DNA of 53,614 bases, filler included, from Sphacelaria rigidula (lineage: Eukaryota): the NCBI GenBank assembly GCA_964200075.2. It is 3 parts of 3 records of this genome, joined end to end, with 100 filler letters (N's around TTAATTAATTAA, not from the genome) between each part and the next. Parts side by side here need not be neighbours in the genome. Positions count along the whole stretch, not along the records: positions 17,907 to 35,712 come from CAXNAA020000989.1; positions 35,813 to 53,614 come from CAXNAA020000990.1; 1 more part is not named here. One strand, given 5' to 3'. Positions within the stretch are counted from its first letter, which is position 1. The number at the start of each line of letters is the position of its first letter. Under the pieces are notes generated by a model. It ran no database searches. It was not told the origin of the DNA and saw only the letters and a list, made by a program, of their open reading frames with translations. The translations under genes were made by a program, and so were the position numbers. This document shows positions 24,001-36,589 of this stretch, piece after piece.

Positions 24001-26438
24001 GAGGTAGAGGAGGAAAACATACCTGCAGGCGCTAACGGAATAAGAGGCTTGCTGGCCATTCCGCATGTACCGATGCTGCTCTATCTCACGGCGATCGCGT
24101 CGGTAAGATGTGGTAGGAGTAATACCAGGAAACTTGTGTGCTATCGGCGTGTGCGGGCATATAACGGGGGGCGTGATACCCCCTGACTAGAGAAGCACGA
24201 CCAAGGCAGCGACCACTTGTGTATCGAGCTTTTGAGTAGCTTGGTCGCCCTGCTAGTGGGGTCGGTGCAGTCCTCCTACTTTGAAGATACGAAGGATATC
24301 ACCACATGTAATCAATCGCCTTTGGCCGGGTCGTGTAGAAAAACGCACCATACACCGACTAGGGGCACTGGGCGCTTTAGCGCAGTGTTGGCCTGGTGTG
24401 GCCTTTTATAATAGGCGCCGCCTTCAGTGCATCAATGTTGCCGATCAGTAGTTGAATGCGATGTTAATTCTGCGGAATGACAAGATGCTGAGCCAGCTAC
24501 AGTAGACAGAGGTATGCGCATGGCGTTGGTCGAGGACTCGATGTCTGGAGGTCTGGACAGCCCGTTATAGTGAGGAAGTGTAGACCGGAGACTTGACTTC
24601 AGACTTTGTCCCATTATGGTATTTTCTGCAAGCCTTCAAGATGTCGAGGTGAATCAGCTTGACCTTTGCAGTGTCGTCAATTCAGACCATTCATGCACAT
24701 CCGTCTTGTCGGAGAATTTCCTTGTCAACGTCCAGAATGTTGACGATGTCTGCTGAACAGCGTTGTAGAGCGATATACCGACCACCTACCGTTGCACTTT
24801 CTCCGCTTGATCTGTCAGGCGGTTTCAATTGGCCTTGAGGAGGCGTACCCACTTTGGGCACTTAGTTCGTACGATGTGGGAGGGTTAGAGTGGAACACCA
24901 TCGAAATCGGGAAGGTACGTTGAAAGATGCGCGCAGAAAGTGAAGTGATCGTTCGTCCGTCGAAGCATCATGCCGATGTCGCAGACAGACAGCTCTAACA
25001 AGTTTTCACAGCTCCAAAAAATCGTCGATTCACTTGTGTTGACTCTGCTTCAGGGAAGCCTGATGTAATGTTATTGTGACTTCTGACTGGCACCACCCGC
25101 GTTTGGGGGTACATCTGTGCTTCGCGTAGTGTTGAACGCGTGCATGCCCCACCCGGCACAGGATGCTCCCTGCATGTAGGCACACCGACCGCTTCATTAC
25201 GACCTGTCGTGCCGTCTTTCTACTCCGGGCTGTTGAACACCGATATCAGGCACCACGCACGGCACTCTCACACACAGAAGAGGCCCTTGTCCTACTTTCC
25301 ATGCCGAGCCGGTGAACAAGACAGCACGATGGGGCGTCATTGATTCAGATACTAGAAGATTGTCCGCGATTGACCGCAGCATCGTATTTTTCCCCTCTCT
25401 GGACAGGTCCTGGCCTGTACAGGAGTAGGGATGACCATCTTCCAGCTTTTCGTGTACAATTGGCTTGTGAAGAAGATTGGGATCGTGAAGATGCAGACAA
25501 GAGCCTCGTACCTGGTCATCCTGATGTATTTGGCGCTTCCTAACGTCAAATACATGAGCTGGAACGATTCGAGCCTGCGGGTGGTTTCGGTGGTGGTAAT
25601 GACCATCCTGTTATCGTGCAGCAGCGCGGTGAGTACCACGGGGCTTTAATGCTGTGCGCTTCTGCTAGACTTGAATCGATTCGCCATACGCGTGGCCGTA
25701 CGTTTCGGTCACAACGCCATCCATGTTTTGGCCAAACAGTAGTGACACTGTGCAAGATAGCGTAGAAATGGATAGGAACATATCCTTCTTCCAGCACCCA
25801 AGCCAGCTACATGAATACTTGGTGACATCAACAGTCGCCATGTCGACCAGCAACGTCCTCACCGTTTAACTTGATCCCAACCCTTCGGGAAGGATAAGAG
25901 TAGGGATCATACCGGGGGCACTGTTTACATGCTGGAAAACTGAGGTGGTCCCTCTATTTCTGTTCTGAGCAAGGCGACTCGCCCATAGAGCTGTGTCGGC
26001 ATGCCTTTGGGAGTATAGGTGAGGCTTTTCTTCCTGCTATATACAACTGAGTCCAGGAAGACGTCCAACACATCATCTGTATCAACCGCTGGATTGGTGT
26101 ACACAAAAATGCAGATTTCCGTGGGAATGGCGCTGGCCTCAACGAGCCCCGTTCCTCCGCACGTCCGCGGCAAGCTCAGCGGGCTGTTCATCATGAGCCA
26201 GAGCCTCGGCAGGGCGACTGGTCCTATGGCCTGGGCGACCATGTATGCCTGGTCAGTCTCCAGCTCATCCGCAGGCGTCGCCGTTATGCCGCTTGTTGGG
26301 TACCGACTTGTTTTCAACATTTCGGCACTACTCATGGGTGTCGTTGCTTTATTGTCTCACCAAACTTTGACCTTCAATACTATGACAAAAGTGGCGGATT
26401 TTTCGCCGACCTCGCTCAGACATCTTGGACGCAAGTGA
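18671..26438 (+). CDS. Major facilitator superfamily transporter (ZIFL1/tetracycline-efflux-like); 5' exon(s) uncertain
   Basis: Phase-compatible exons 18671-18758 (NLFPYVGFM), 19179-19362 (MFS motif A: WGWAADRYGRKP), 20779-20882 (RFLMGLSNG), 22442-22547 (GPALGGLLAEP), 22905-23042 (HPYLLPN), 23706-24102, 24819-24914 (EEAYPLWA...GGL), 25407-25628, 26115-26438 (RGKLSG...SLGRATGP, stop). A possible first exon lies near 18220-18421. Confidence 0.9.
20978..21515 (-). mobile_element. Non-autonomous retroposon-like repeat (family B) with (CAA)n tail
   Basis: Reverse-complement homologue of 47831-48341; ends in (GTT)n on the plus strand. Lies in an MFS intron. Confidence 0.8.
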
Positions 26439-27959
26439 ATGGTAGGGATGAAGCGTCGAAGTATATGCTGTAATGATCCCACGCGAAGCTTATTCTACTA
26501 TGACCAGGTAAAAACATTATTCTCGACGTCGGCGCGGCATTGCGTGGACCTTGCACCCTTGTTGTACGGCAGGCCGGTATCGCAGGCCGGGGTCAAGGGT
26601 TGTACTCGCTACCTATCTCAGCCTTGCCGTTGTCGCAGAACCTGTGAAGGGGTGGTAGACAACAGGGAAAAATCCTGACGAGCCACAGCAACAGCGCTTT
26701 GCTCGCTACTCCGCAGCTGCCGCAGTGGACATTTCGTTGGAATTGGTGTATGAGGGGTTTGACCAGATGAAATGTTGTGTCCTTACATGCAAAGCTCCAA
26801 CTCAAACTAGATTGCTGACAACAGTGATGATATATTTTAACTTTAGCCTTACTCTTTGGAAGTGATTCGGAGGGAGTTTTGTATTCTGTGTTGACTGTAA
26901 TTTGTGTACCACAGTTGGAAGTGGGGAGAGAATCGTTTCCGAGAGTTGTTCAATTTGTTTGGTGTGGCAGACGGTTTCGAGCACGGGAGAAAGATCACAT
27001 TTCGCGTCGTAAGTTTCGGCATTTCACTTGTTTGTAGTAGTCGTCGGAGAATCGAGGTTGACCCTACGTCTCGACTCTGTGTTTTTCGAGTCGGAACGAT
27101 TTGACCGTTAATACTTGATTGACAGTGGGACCATTCTTAACCATGTGCAAACAAGGGATGGTGTTGAATAGTTGGCTCCCGAAGTGGTACTGTAAAATGT
27201 TATTGAGCAAATATAGTTGTTCTGGATGGATATACACGTGTTTGTACTAAAGAGATTCGTATCTGGAAGGAAGATTCGGTAACAAACTATTGGAGCATGT
27301 TCGAGATAGTCCCGTCTGGTGATTCGCGCGATGAGCAGTGTCGCCACGCGGATTTCATTTGGGGTGGGTCAAATGCGAAAATATACTATTCCATCACCTT
27401 TCGGAGTATTACCTACCGATTTGAAGCAACTATCTATGGATGTACTGTGGCAGCTTTGATACGCTTACGTGTCAGCCGCACTATAATGCTGTCCACTCGG
27501 TAGGACACATCACGTGGTTGGCCATTCGTGTTGCTTCTGTTCCAACAGATTTTCTCCGTTTGAGATGAGATACACCCAGTTGTTGCGGGTACCAGTACTG
27601 GTGTGGTGTCGGTGACCGTAACTGACTGTGAAATGAAACGATTGAAACGGGGAAGGAATGAAACCATATACTGACTCCGAGTAGAAGCATATACGGATCA
27701 GTACTAAGCAGAGAAGTTGTATGCATTCCTTTTGCAATTTATTTTCACTTGTTCTTGGCGGGGTGTGCATATGGGTCTGACCAGGGGTGCACGAAACAAA
27801 ATCCCGCCCCCCCTAAATGCCATAAAAACTCCTATAAAACCGATTCCATACTAAATTCTATACAGATAGAGGCGGCGTCGGAGATGGGATACCTTTCCCC
27901 TGATGTATGGGGGGTACCATACGACCCCCCCCCCCCCTACCCTCCCCCCGATACGTAGG

Positions 27960-28275
27960 TGTACAAATGAATAAGAATGAATAAGAATGAATGAATAAAC
28001 CAAATGATAAATAAATTGAATGTAAACGGAAGGAGAGAAATAACTGAAGAAAATTAACGAAGGTAAATAAAATAAAATGGAAAATACGTAACGGAAATAA
28101 GAAGACAAGAAAATTATGATGTGGTATAAAAAAACGTAATGAAAAATAAAATTCATCTATCAAATTAAAATATAGGAAGAGAGAAGAGAAAAATGGAGGG
28201 GAAAAACACAAGGATTATATGATTGAATAGTTAACACAGTAAATACATGATAAATAAATACAATTACAACAAAAA
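27960..28275. repeat. A-rich low-complexity tract
   Basis: Strongly purine/A-biased sequence with GAATAA/AAATAA units. Confidence 0.7.
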
Positions 28276-28683
28276 CCAAGGCTCACTTCGTTATGCCCTC
28301 TTGAGATTGGTGACGCTTACAGTATTCAGAGTCACGGTAATGCACGGTAATTTGTAATTTGTGGATGGTCATTGATCACCCTGGTATATTGACCGGGGAA
28401 GGAACCGGCCACGTTGAGAAGACCATCCCCGAAAAATAGTCCACTGTAAAACGGGAGTTACAACAGTTGAGGCGATGCGACATGCGTGCAACACCAAGAT
28501 ACGCTCGAGATTTGACAGCCCTGCCCCGAAAGTAGACTGTTCAGTGGAGAGCGATGGCACACGCTTACTACTGTTGCGTCACTTTATTCAGCCGCTGATG
28601 AGAACAAATGACATATTGCACGGCATATGCACTGTACTGTATTTAGAAAATCTCATCCTCACTCAAAAGAAACAAGCACGAAA

Positions 28684-28764
28684 GTCGACGTGTCCGAGTG
28701 GTTAAGGAGATGGATTAGAAACCCATTGTGATTTCACGCGTAGGTTCGAGTCCTACCGTCGACG
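28684..28764 (+). tRNA. tRNA-Ser (anticodon AGA)
   Basis: Acceptor stem GTCGACG/CGTCGAC plus discriminator G; D-arm TCCGAGTGGTTAAGGA; anticodon arm ATGGA-TTAGAAA-CCCAT; long variable arm GTGA..TCAC; T-arm GTAGGTTCGAGTCCTAC; T-runs immediately downstream. Confidence 0.92.
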
Positions 28765-31700
28765 TCTTTTGTTTTGTGTGATCTACAGGGTATGACATGA
28801 CTTGAATGTCACATCCTGTGATTTGATCCATGTCCTGTCTGCGACTACTGGGCAGGTATTGAGTGAGAAATATTGTTGGTGCTGCTAATGATGAAAGTTG
28901 CTGCTTCCACCGTGTAAAATACAAGGTCGCACATGAATAATAATGACGCAGCCAGCAGCTCAGCCCGTGTTGCTTTATTGTCCTTGACGGTATAGTAACA
29001 CGCCGTGCGCCTCCCCCAAAGACACTTAGGGAGACCCTAAATATTGATGCGACTGTCGCTGATGAATACTCGTACATCGATTATAGATTATAGTAATCAC
29101 CATTACCCAGTGTGTGAATGGTTGATCAAAACGGTAGATATCACCCCCGGCGGCGGTTGTTTCCCTCGCGCATGCCGAATGCCGGATCATGCCGCCGATC
29201 CTGCCAGACCACGTGACACGGCTACAAGCAAGAAGATAAAAGCGTCACCAACATGCACACCATCTTTCGCGCCGACAGCTGACTAATAACTACCACGAAG
29301 TCGACTTGTTTTGTTGGTTGCAGTACTGCTTCATTATCTTGCTTGACCGTGGGGGTGGAGGTTTTTTGTTTTTGCTGCACACTCACACACAAACTCTACC
29401 GACTGTGTCACACTGCTGCGCTGAAGCTGAAGTTTGGGAATTCAGTGTAGGCCACCCCGTATACCACAAGATTTGTACCTGACTATCTACCTACGCACGT
29501 GCGTGTGAAAGGCAAAACCAGTGGTAGTGTCGGTACCGGCGGATGAAAACAGGGCGACAGGGGGCCCTGAGAAACCGGTGTAACGGTTTCCAAGAACCAA
29601 CGTTCAGTTTCTGTGCACACTCCTACTTTGTATATGTCGTTTTCCACGATTTCAATATGTCCCACAGCGGCCGGCTTCCTTCCCGAGTGTGCAAAAGAGT
29701 GTATGTACAGCCAGCATGCTACGCAACACGGGGTACTGGGATGAGATGGAGGAGACTGGATTGCGTTTGTGCCCAGAGGATCCTGCGTGAGTGTGATGAG
29801 CCCAAGATGTGGCACGTTATCTGGGTGTCTTTTTTACCTGTTTCAGCTGCCCCAAAACATTAGTTACCGCACCGACAAACGGTCTGCTACAAAGCTTACT
29901 TACACAGCGTGTACGGTTGCGGCTTGCTCCTGTGTAGCTAGCTTTAGATAACAGCGCTTACGGTGTGATTCCAACGAGATGTGCTCGCTACTCACTGGCT
30001 TTACTACACTGTGTCGTGTATGGTAAGGTAGTGCAGCAGCACGCAGCCAAACGTTCTCATGCTGCACTTCTTCTCTCAAATTTGAATTTGACTTGCAGGT
30101 ACACAGCCAACAGTTCAAAATTCAAAACCACGTTCACATCCACATGGGACAACAGGATAACAAGACGTCAGAACAGCAACAGGAAACAACCCACAGCTCC
30201 ACGCGGCACTCTAGTGCCGTGGATGTTTGCTATTGACTCACGTGCCTTGCTTGATCGTCGGCTACAGGACACCCGTTTCTGCCTATCCGCGCGTTTTGCT
30301 TACTCGGTTTTCCCGGTGCCACAAATCCCTCTTCCCCAATCGTGGGGAGAACAGCAACATCAACATGTCCACAATGGTTGTGAGCGCGTGCTGCTGGGAT
30401 CCGACGAACCCTGGGACAATCGGGCTGTGCGACAGCAATGGATCCTTCGCCATAGCACCCACCAACAGCCAAGCTCCAGGTGCGTACGCAATTCGTTGTT
30501 TGAGTAGCTCGGCAAGTTTGAATCAATCTGTGAGCTCGTTCGAATTGAATTGTAGGCTAATGCACTATACCCCCGCTCACTGTTTATGGGGGTGAGTGAA
30601 GGCCTTACCAATCAAAACTCCGTTGTCAACAAGAAAAAATATGAACGCGGAGGGATATTGAAGACGTATTGAAGACGTCATTGACTGGTCGGACCTGCCG
30701 TACAGAGCACATGCTCCACCCGAAGCTACCTACGTTTAGTATGCGACAGCTGTAATATTTTCATCGCATAGTTCTCGAGACAGGAAGCAAATCGGCCTGT
30801 GGCCCTCAACAGCCCCCCGCGCACACACTCGATCCATTCAGCGCCGCGGCGGGCTCAAGTCACCACAGCGGATCCGAAACGCCCCCGAACGTCGAAGAGA
30901 ACGCGTTTCAAGTACAATTTGGTGGTTTGCAAAGTGCTGTGGGCTCCGCGGCACGCGTTACGGAAGGCCGCCGCGGCACTGAAAAGTTCTGGTGTGAAGC
31001 GCACGCATCAAACCGCAGTCCAATCCTCTGCTTCGTTGCCGAGATATTTGCGTTGAAAAATCGGGACTTGCGGCTTCAGGAACCGCAGCGTTTATCGAGA
31101 TGAAACATGGGGAATTCTCATAAGCTCGGTGTTTCGAAACTCAAGAGAAGAGCGAAGAGGAACTAGGGTCAAGACTTGTCCTATGCCTTGACAGCCGCAC
31201 GCAAGCTCAAGGCGGCGCCCTCAACGCGCGGAGAAGGCTGAAAAAACACTCAAGGCGGCCACCGAAAGGCTTAACGCGGTCACCGAAAAGCTTGACGCCT
31301 CTGTTTCATGTCAGAGTGTTGGGTCCAGCGCATAAGCTAAGCCGGCGCGCCCAATTTTGACCGCGGTCCTTCGGTCTTTTCACAGTCGGGAGACAGCGAT
31401 GATGTTTTCCGTAACTGACTGTGGATACTAATAACAATATGTGCACGATGCAACATCGGGCAAGACGTGTATGTATCTTCCGTCCTGCCATGCGGTACTA
31501 ATTTCTTTTATGCGCTTGTCTACAAGGGGCAATTCATTCTCCCAACAAATTGGAGAAAGTGTGCCGTCACTACTGCCCATGTACATTGATAACAAGCTAC
31601 GTGCTGGTTTCCCCTGTGTGGCTGAGCAGAGCGACTTCGTGTTACAACAGCAAGTACCCGCCACATCTCGAATTGCAGTGGACAAGGTCACACATGAAAG

Positions 31701-33577
31701 TCGCCTGAGCGTACGTCGGACGGATCAAGCGCAGAAACCCACGTGTGAAGAGCGATTTTGACCATCGTGTGTACCGCACTTCACTGATTAATAGCATCAG
31801 CCATGATGCTTGTTGCTACTGCCTTTGTGTACACTAGCAACAATATGTAAACATCGCGGTTGGCAAGTAGCAGTTTCGATCGAATGCTTGGCTTCAGGTC
31901 TATATACTCCTGAGCAAAAATGAGCAAGGGCATTAGCGCCAACATGCGCTTCCAGCACTTGCTCTGTGCCGATGTAATGTGAAATGGATATGTGGGGGCC
32001 TTGATTACGCAGCTGTCCTTTTGCGCTGCCGCGGTGGTCGGCATGACACAAAAGGCAAACTGACGGTTCAACACTGATAGCTCCAAACGTGTCTTGTGTC
32101 GCAGAGGTGTAGTTTGCCGTCGACGGTTTGCTTTCAGGAATGGAGAACACAAAAGTGATTCCTTCCACTCCTGGCACGACCCTGAGCCCATGGGGCCCAT
32201 GAAGTAATTGCTCTCCAAACCCGCCATCACAGAAAGGTGCGGGGTATGCAATGAGCAGCCCAGTCGCACAGCGTGAATCGCTTTATCTTCGTCGACGTCG
32301 TCTACATCATTCTCACTGGTTCCACGATACTCGACACTTGTGCTCATTGTCTGACTATTCTGTGCTGCTTCGTTTTTGCGGTATGTGGGTATAAGGGTTT
32401 AAGTGGGGATGGTGTTGTGGGGGGACGCCCGCAACTGCTGCCACGTTTCGTGTTCTTGACTGCTGATGTTGAGAAGGACGGTGAATGTGGGGTGGAATGT
32501 AGTGGGCGTGTACTTCCCGAGTCCAACAGCTAACGATACAAGCACAAAACAATATATCAGTGCAGTCGCCGGAGCAACTATATTTGCGCGACACCGACCA
32601 CTCACAGGCTTGTGAATATGTACTGAAGTTAAACTACATTTAATATGAGCGAGGTCGTTATTTGGAGATGATGTGTGTATTTGTGATTCGTACGATTGGC
32701 TCGATTACGGGTTATTTCTTCTTCAGCGAATAGTGGTCGATCCATTTTACCGATATATAGTACCCAAAATCGGGCTCCATTCACCCCCATAACTGTATGT
32801 ACTGCACCGCCTCTAATTTGCACACGGTACAGCACAGTACGGCACAGAACATCGGCATAATGCACACAGGCCACACATTCACATGTAGCCACCTGTGATC
32901 GAGGAGCAATTTTTTTCGAGGCGCCTGATATCTCAGGCTTTAGTCTCAACATCAAATGGAACATTGATTGCTCCATTTCATCCCTCCGGTCGGAGAAACG
33001 CTCGACCTCAGTGCAGGAAATGTTTGACAGACCGCACATGCCACCTGTTCCTATTAATATAGTTTGTCCCAGTATGTCCCGCTTCGCACAAATGACATCG
33101 TGATTCGTCCCATATTCAACATTTGTTCGAATCGATCATACGATTTGTACACATGTTGTGATTCGTATATGTTGTGTGCTCGTGATTCGCGCGACACTCC
33201 TTGGAGTGTACACATTTCCAGTCCGTGATTCATGCGGTACACCGGCGAAGGCACATGTTTCCTTGCTTCCATTCGTATGGTGCGAATCACCGGTGCATGT
33301 GTGTCCCCTTACCTTCATGCGGCATGGATCAAGTGTACATCTTCCCCGCCTCACATTTATACGGCATGAATTACAGGTACAGGTTCCCCCCTTCTGTTCA
33401 TGCAACATGAATCTTATCTACAGATTCCCCACCATCCAGTCACACGAGGGGAATCGAGCGTAAATATTTCACAGTCGCCATTCATGTAATGTAAATCATG
33501 GACGTAAACGTCCCAATCAAGGTACGCTCAAGGCACCTGACGGGAAAAACTCTGGTTCGTCGGAACCACGGCACGTG

Positions 33578-33801
33578 AAACAATGCCCAGGGGATCTGGA
33601 AAGAGACATGTCATTCTCTATTATCCAAGCGCTTCAAAATTGAAAAATTATTAAACCAAGTTGGAGGAGTAGCAGTGGAGTATGACTCAAACAATGCCCA
33701 GGAGATCTGGAAAGAGACAATGTCATCCTCTATTATCCAAGCGCTTCAAAATTTGAAAAATTATAAAACCAAGTTGGAGGAGTAGCCGTGGAGTATGGCT
33801 C
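33578..33801 (+). repeat. Tandem duplication of a ~111-bp unit (2 copies)
   Basis: AAACAATGCCCAGG...GTGGAGTATG at 33578-33688 and 33689-33801, nearly identical. Confidence 0.9.
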
Positions 33802-33879
33802 TATTGACGTAACAAATGCAGCCAAAATACCCTCTGTTCCAATTCAGGTACACTTTACGCAGCAGTTGATTTCTTGCGA

Positions 33880-33906
33880 CCTGAGACGTTTCAGACCTTC
33901 TCCTTT

Positions 33907-33945
<39 letters not shown>

Positions 33946-35310
33946 TGTCGTCCCATTTATTCTGGGCGCCGGTCTATACCTTTCGGTATATGTGGGCGCA
34001 CCAGCCGGGGTCACACAAGAGGAAGGTCAACACAGCAGCTTCTTCTTTTTTTGTTTGTTTTTAGGACCACACCTTCCTTCTGCGGTGCTTGCCTTTATTT
34101 TTTATCNNNNNNNNNNAGAGGGGTTCAGCAATCCCTTTCTCTCGTCGACCGTTAAGTCGAATTTTGTGTCCCCACGACATAGTCGCTCTCCACTGTTGGG
34201 CATGGGGTGAGAAAATATCCCAGATCGCTCCGAAAATTGAAGCCACGACCCAACCGTCAGAAGGTTTCGAGGGTACCAACTGAGCCACCGGGGCGACCGG
34301 CCTTCGGTATACAAATGTTCATGACATTAGTGTGGTCCGTGTTGCAGAAAAAAAATAAGTGAAAATGTAATACGGGGATGAAATTAGCCTATCCCCTGCT
34401 GTTCGGAACATATTTCTCCACGAAGTCTGTGTTTCGCGCCGTACTCGACGAAAACTATTGTTTCTCTCTTTTTTTTTTAGCTCATTGTCATACTTATTGA
34501 CAGTAGTATTGAAAAATTTGGTGTTCATCGGCTACGATTAAGGTGCTATATGACGCACGTTGAGTGATGCCCCCTAGTCACTCATTTTTAATCAGAACTC
34601 GATAATTACGAAAATGGAACACCTGGGATGTTTCAGACCTTCTCCTTTGGTACACATGTTTATGAAAATATTAGTGCGGTCCTTCTTGCAGAAAAAAAAG
34701 AAGAATCATGCGGAGATGAGAATGGCCTATACCCTAGTCCTCGGAACAAATCTGGTTATAAGTCTGTGTTTGGCAAGAAAACACCCCCCCCCCCCCCCCC
34801 CCCCCTTGTCTCCAACGACCAATACCTCCCCACTCCCAACTCATCTACGGGTGGTCCTTTTAACCCATCCAAGTACGTTTCGACGGTAATCTCCCAAAAT
34901 TTGGTGTTCATGAGTTACGATTAAGGTACTATGACGCATGTTGAGTGATGCCCCCTGGTCACTAATTTTTCCCCAGAAACCGACCATGGCTACGGAAATG
35001 GAACACCTGAGACTTTCCAGATCTTTTTCCTCGGCACAAACCTTTACGCATCAGAATGCATCACAATGCATTACTTTCTGGCACCAAAGAGGGAAAAGAG
35101 TCAGTTCGGGGATAAAATTGACCTACCCCCGGATTGTCGGAACAAATCTGGGCACTCTTCTCGGTGTATGGCAACGCCGAACTCGACGAACACGTTCATA
35201 CAGCTCTATATGTTACATTTGTTTAAGGATTTCCCAACCAATTGGAATTAGTTTCGACATCATTCTCGCAAACGTTGGTGTTCGACGGATGTGATTGAGT
35301 TACAATGAGA
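33880..35310 (+). repeat. Diverged tandem repeat, ~380-bp unit, about 3 copies (first copy interrupted by the SINE)
   Basis: AAATTTGGTGTTCAT...ACGATTAAGGT...TTGAGTGATGCCCC recurs at ~34515 and ~34898, weakly at ~35270. TTTCAGACCTTCTCCTTTGGT occurs at ~33889 and ~34631. Confidence 0.75.
33910..34300 (-). mobile_element. tRNA-derived SINE (family A), full length, with TSD
   Basis: A-box TGGCTCAGTTGG, degenerate B-box, long (CA)n tail, 8-bp flanking repeat CCTTTGGT/CCTTCGGT. Confidence 0.88.
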
Positions 35311-35712
35311 CGTTTGCTGCCCATACGCCCCCCCCTCCCCTCCCCCCCCTCCCCTCCCCCCCCCCAATTTTTTTCACCAAAATCGACAACGACTACGAGA
35401 ACGGCAGACGCAGCTCTCAGACAGTAGCGAGCATGAAATAGAGCAAACCAAGCAGCGAAACTTCGCCGAATCTTTCTCAGCGATGACCTTCCACGTCTTG
35501 ATCCCTTGCGGAGTAACGCTTACGGCGAAGATATCCACGAGTGGCGTGTGTAGGGGGGGGGGACTCATGATCATGCATGCCATAGTCAAAAGACCAGTGA
35601 CCTCGCATCCCTACAATGCCGGCGCGGAGCACGCCGGGTTTTCGCCGGACCAGGCTTGCGCTCAAATCACCAAGCGCGAAGCGTCGTGGTGTGTTCGGCG
35701 AGTCGCATGAAG

Positions 35713-35812
35713 NNNNNNNNNNNNNNNNNNNNNNNNNNNNNNNNNNNNNNNNNNNNTTAATTAATTAANNNNNNNNNNNNNNNNNNNNNNNNNNNNNNNN
35801 NNNNNNNNNNNN
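35713..35812. other. Artificial contig-join spacer
   Basis: 44 N + TTAATTAATTAA + 44 N. Confidence 0.98.
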
Positions 35813-36322
35813 GGCTGCGCAAACCGCACCGAAGTATATACCCACGAGACGCACACCCCACAGTGTAATGTATGGGTGCCCGCCTCTCAATCAAGTCAGC
35901 TCCCGCTGACTCTACTGTAGTGTCGCTGCTGCGATTTTTTGCGCGGAGTATATCGCCAATGGTTTTCATGGTGGGCGGGATTTGCGCTCTGGCGTGTCCT
36001 CTGCGTCCCTGCGCGCGCTGGAGTGTGTCTTGCAGCCCAGGACTGCTACTACATTCATGTTGTGCTCTGTCTGTTGTAGCCACCAGCTGAACGTAGCGTA
36101 TGTAGCCGGTGACAGCTTATAAAGCCGCTAGCGGTAAATTACGGTTTGAAACCAGTATCCATTTTTTTCATATAATCACCACCATTATTTCCATCATGAT
36201 AATGATGGCCAGTCATAGCTGGTACCATTTCCGAGCTCCAAGGAAAAGATTCATCAGTGGTCGAGAGAAAAAGCAAGAAGATACGAGCTGGGCCAGCCTA
36301 GAGGCGGATTTGAAGTTTAAGT

Positions 36323-36589
36323 GCGTTTGCTCACCCCAATATCTAGAGTTGAAGCGTAAAAATTGGTATGGACAATGCACGGGGCATTAAAAAAAAACTA
36401 CCTCGGTACCGAAAGTTTTTTTTCTTCATGAGTTGAGGGCATTTTACTGATACCTGAAAACCGATTATTGCCCTTAACTCATGGAGAAAAATAAATAATT
36501 TTCGGTACCGAGGTAATTTTTGTAATGCCCCACGCATTGTCCATACCAATTTCTACGCTCCAACTCTAAATATTGGGGTGAGCAAACGC
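36323..36589. mobile_element. Fold-back MITE / long hairpin
   Basis: ~120-bp inverted arms GCGTTTGCTCACCCCAATAT...ATATTGGGGTGAGCAAACGC with a ~27-nt loop. Confidence 0.85.
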
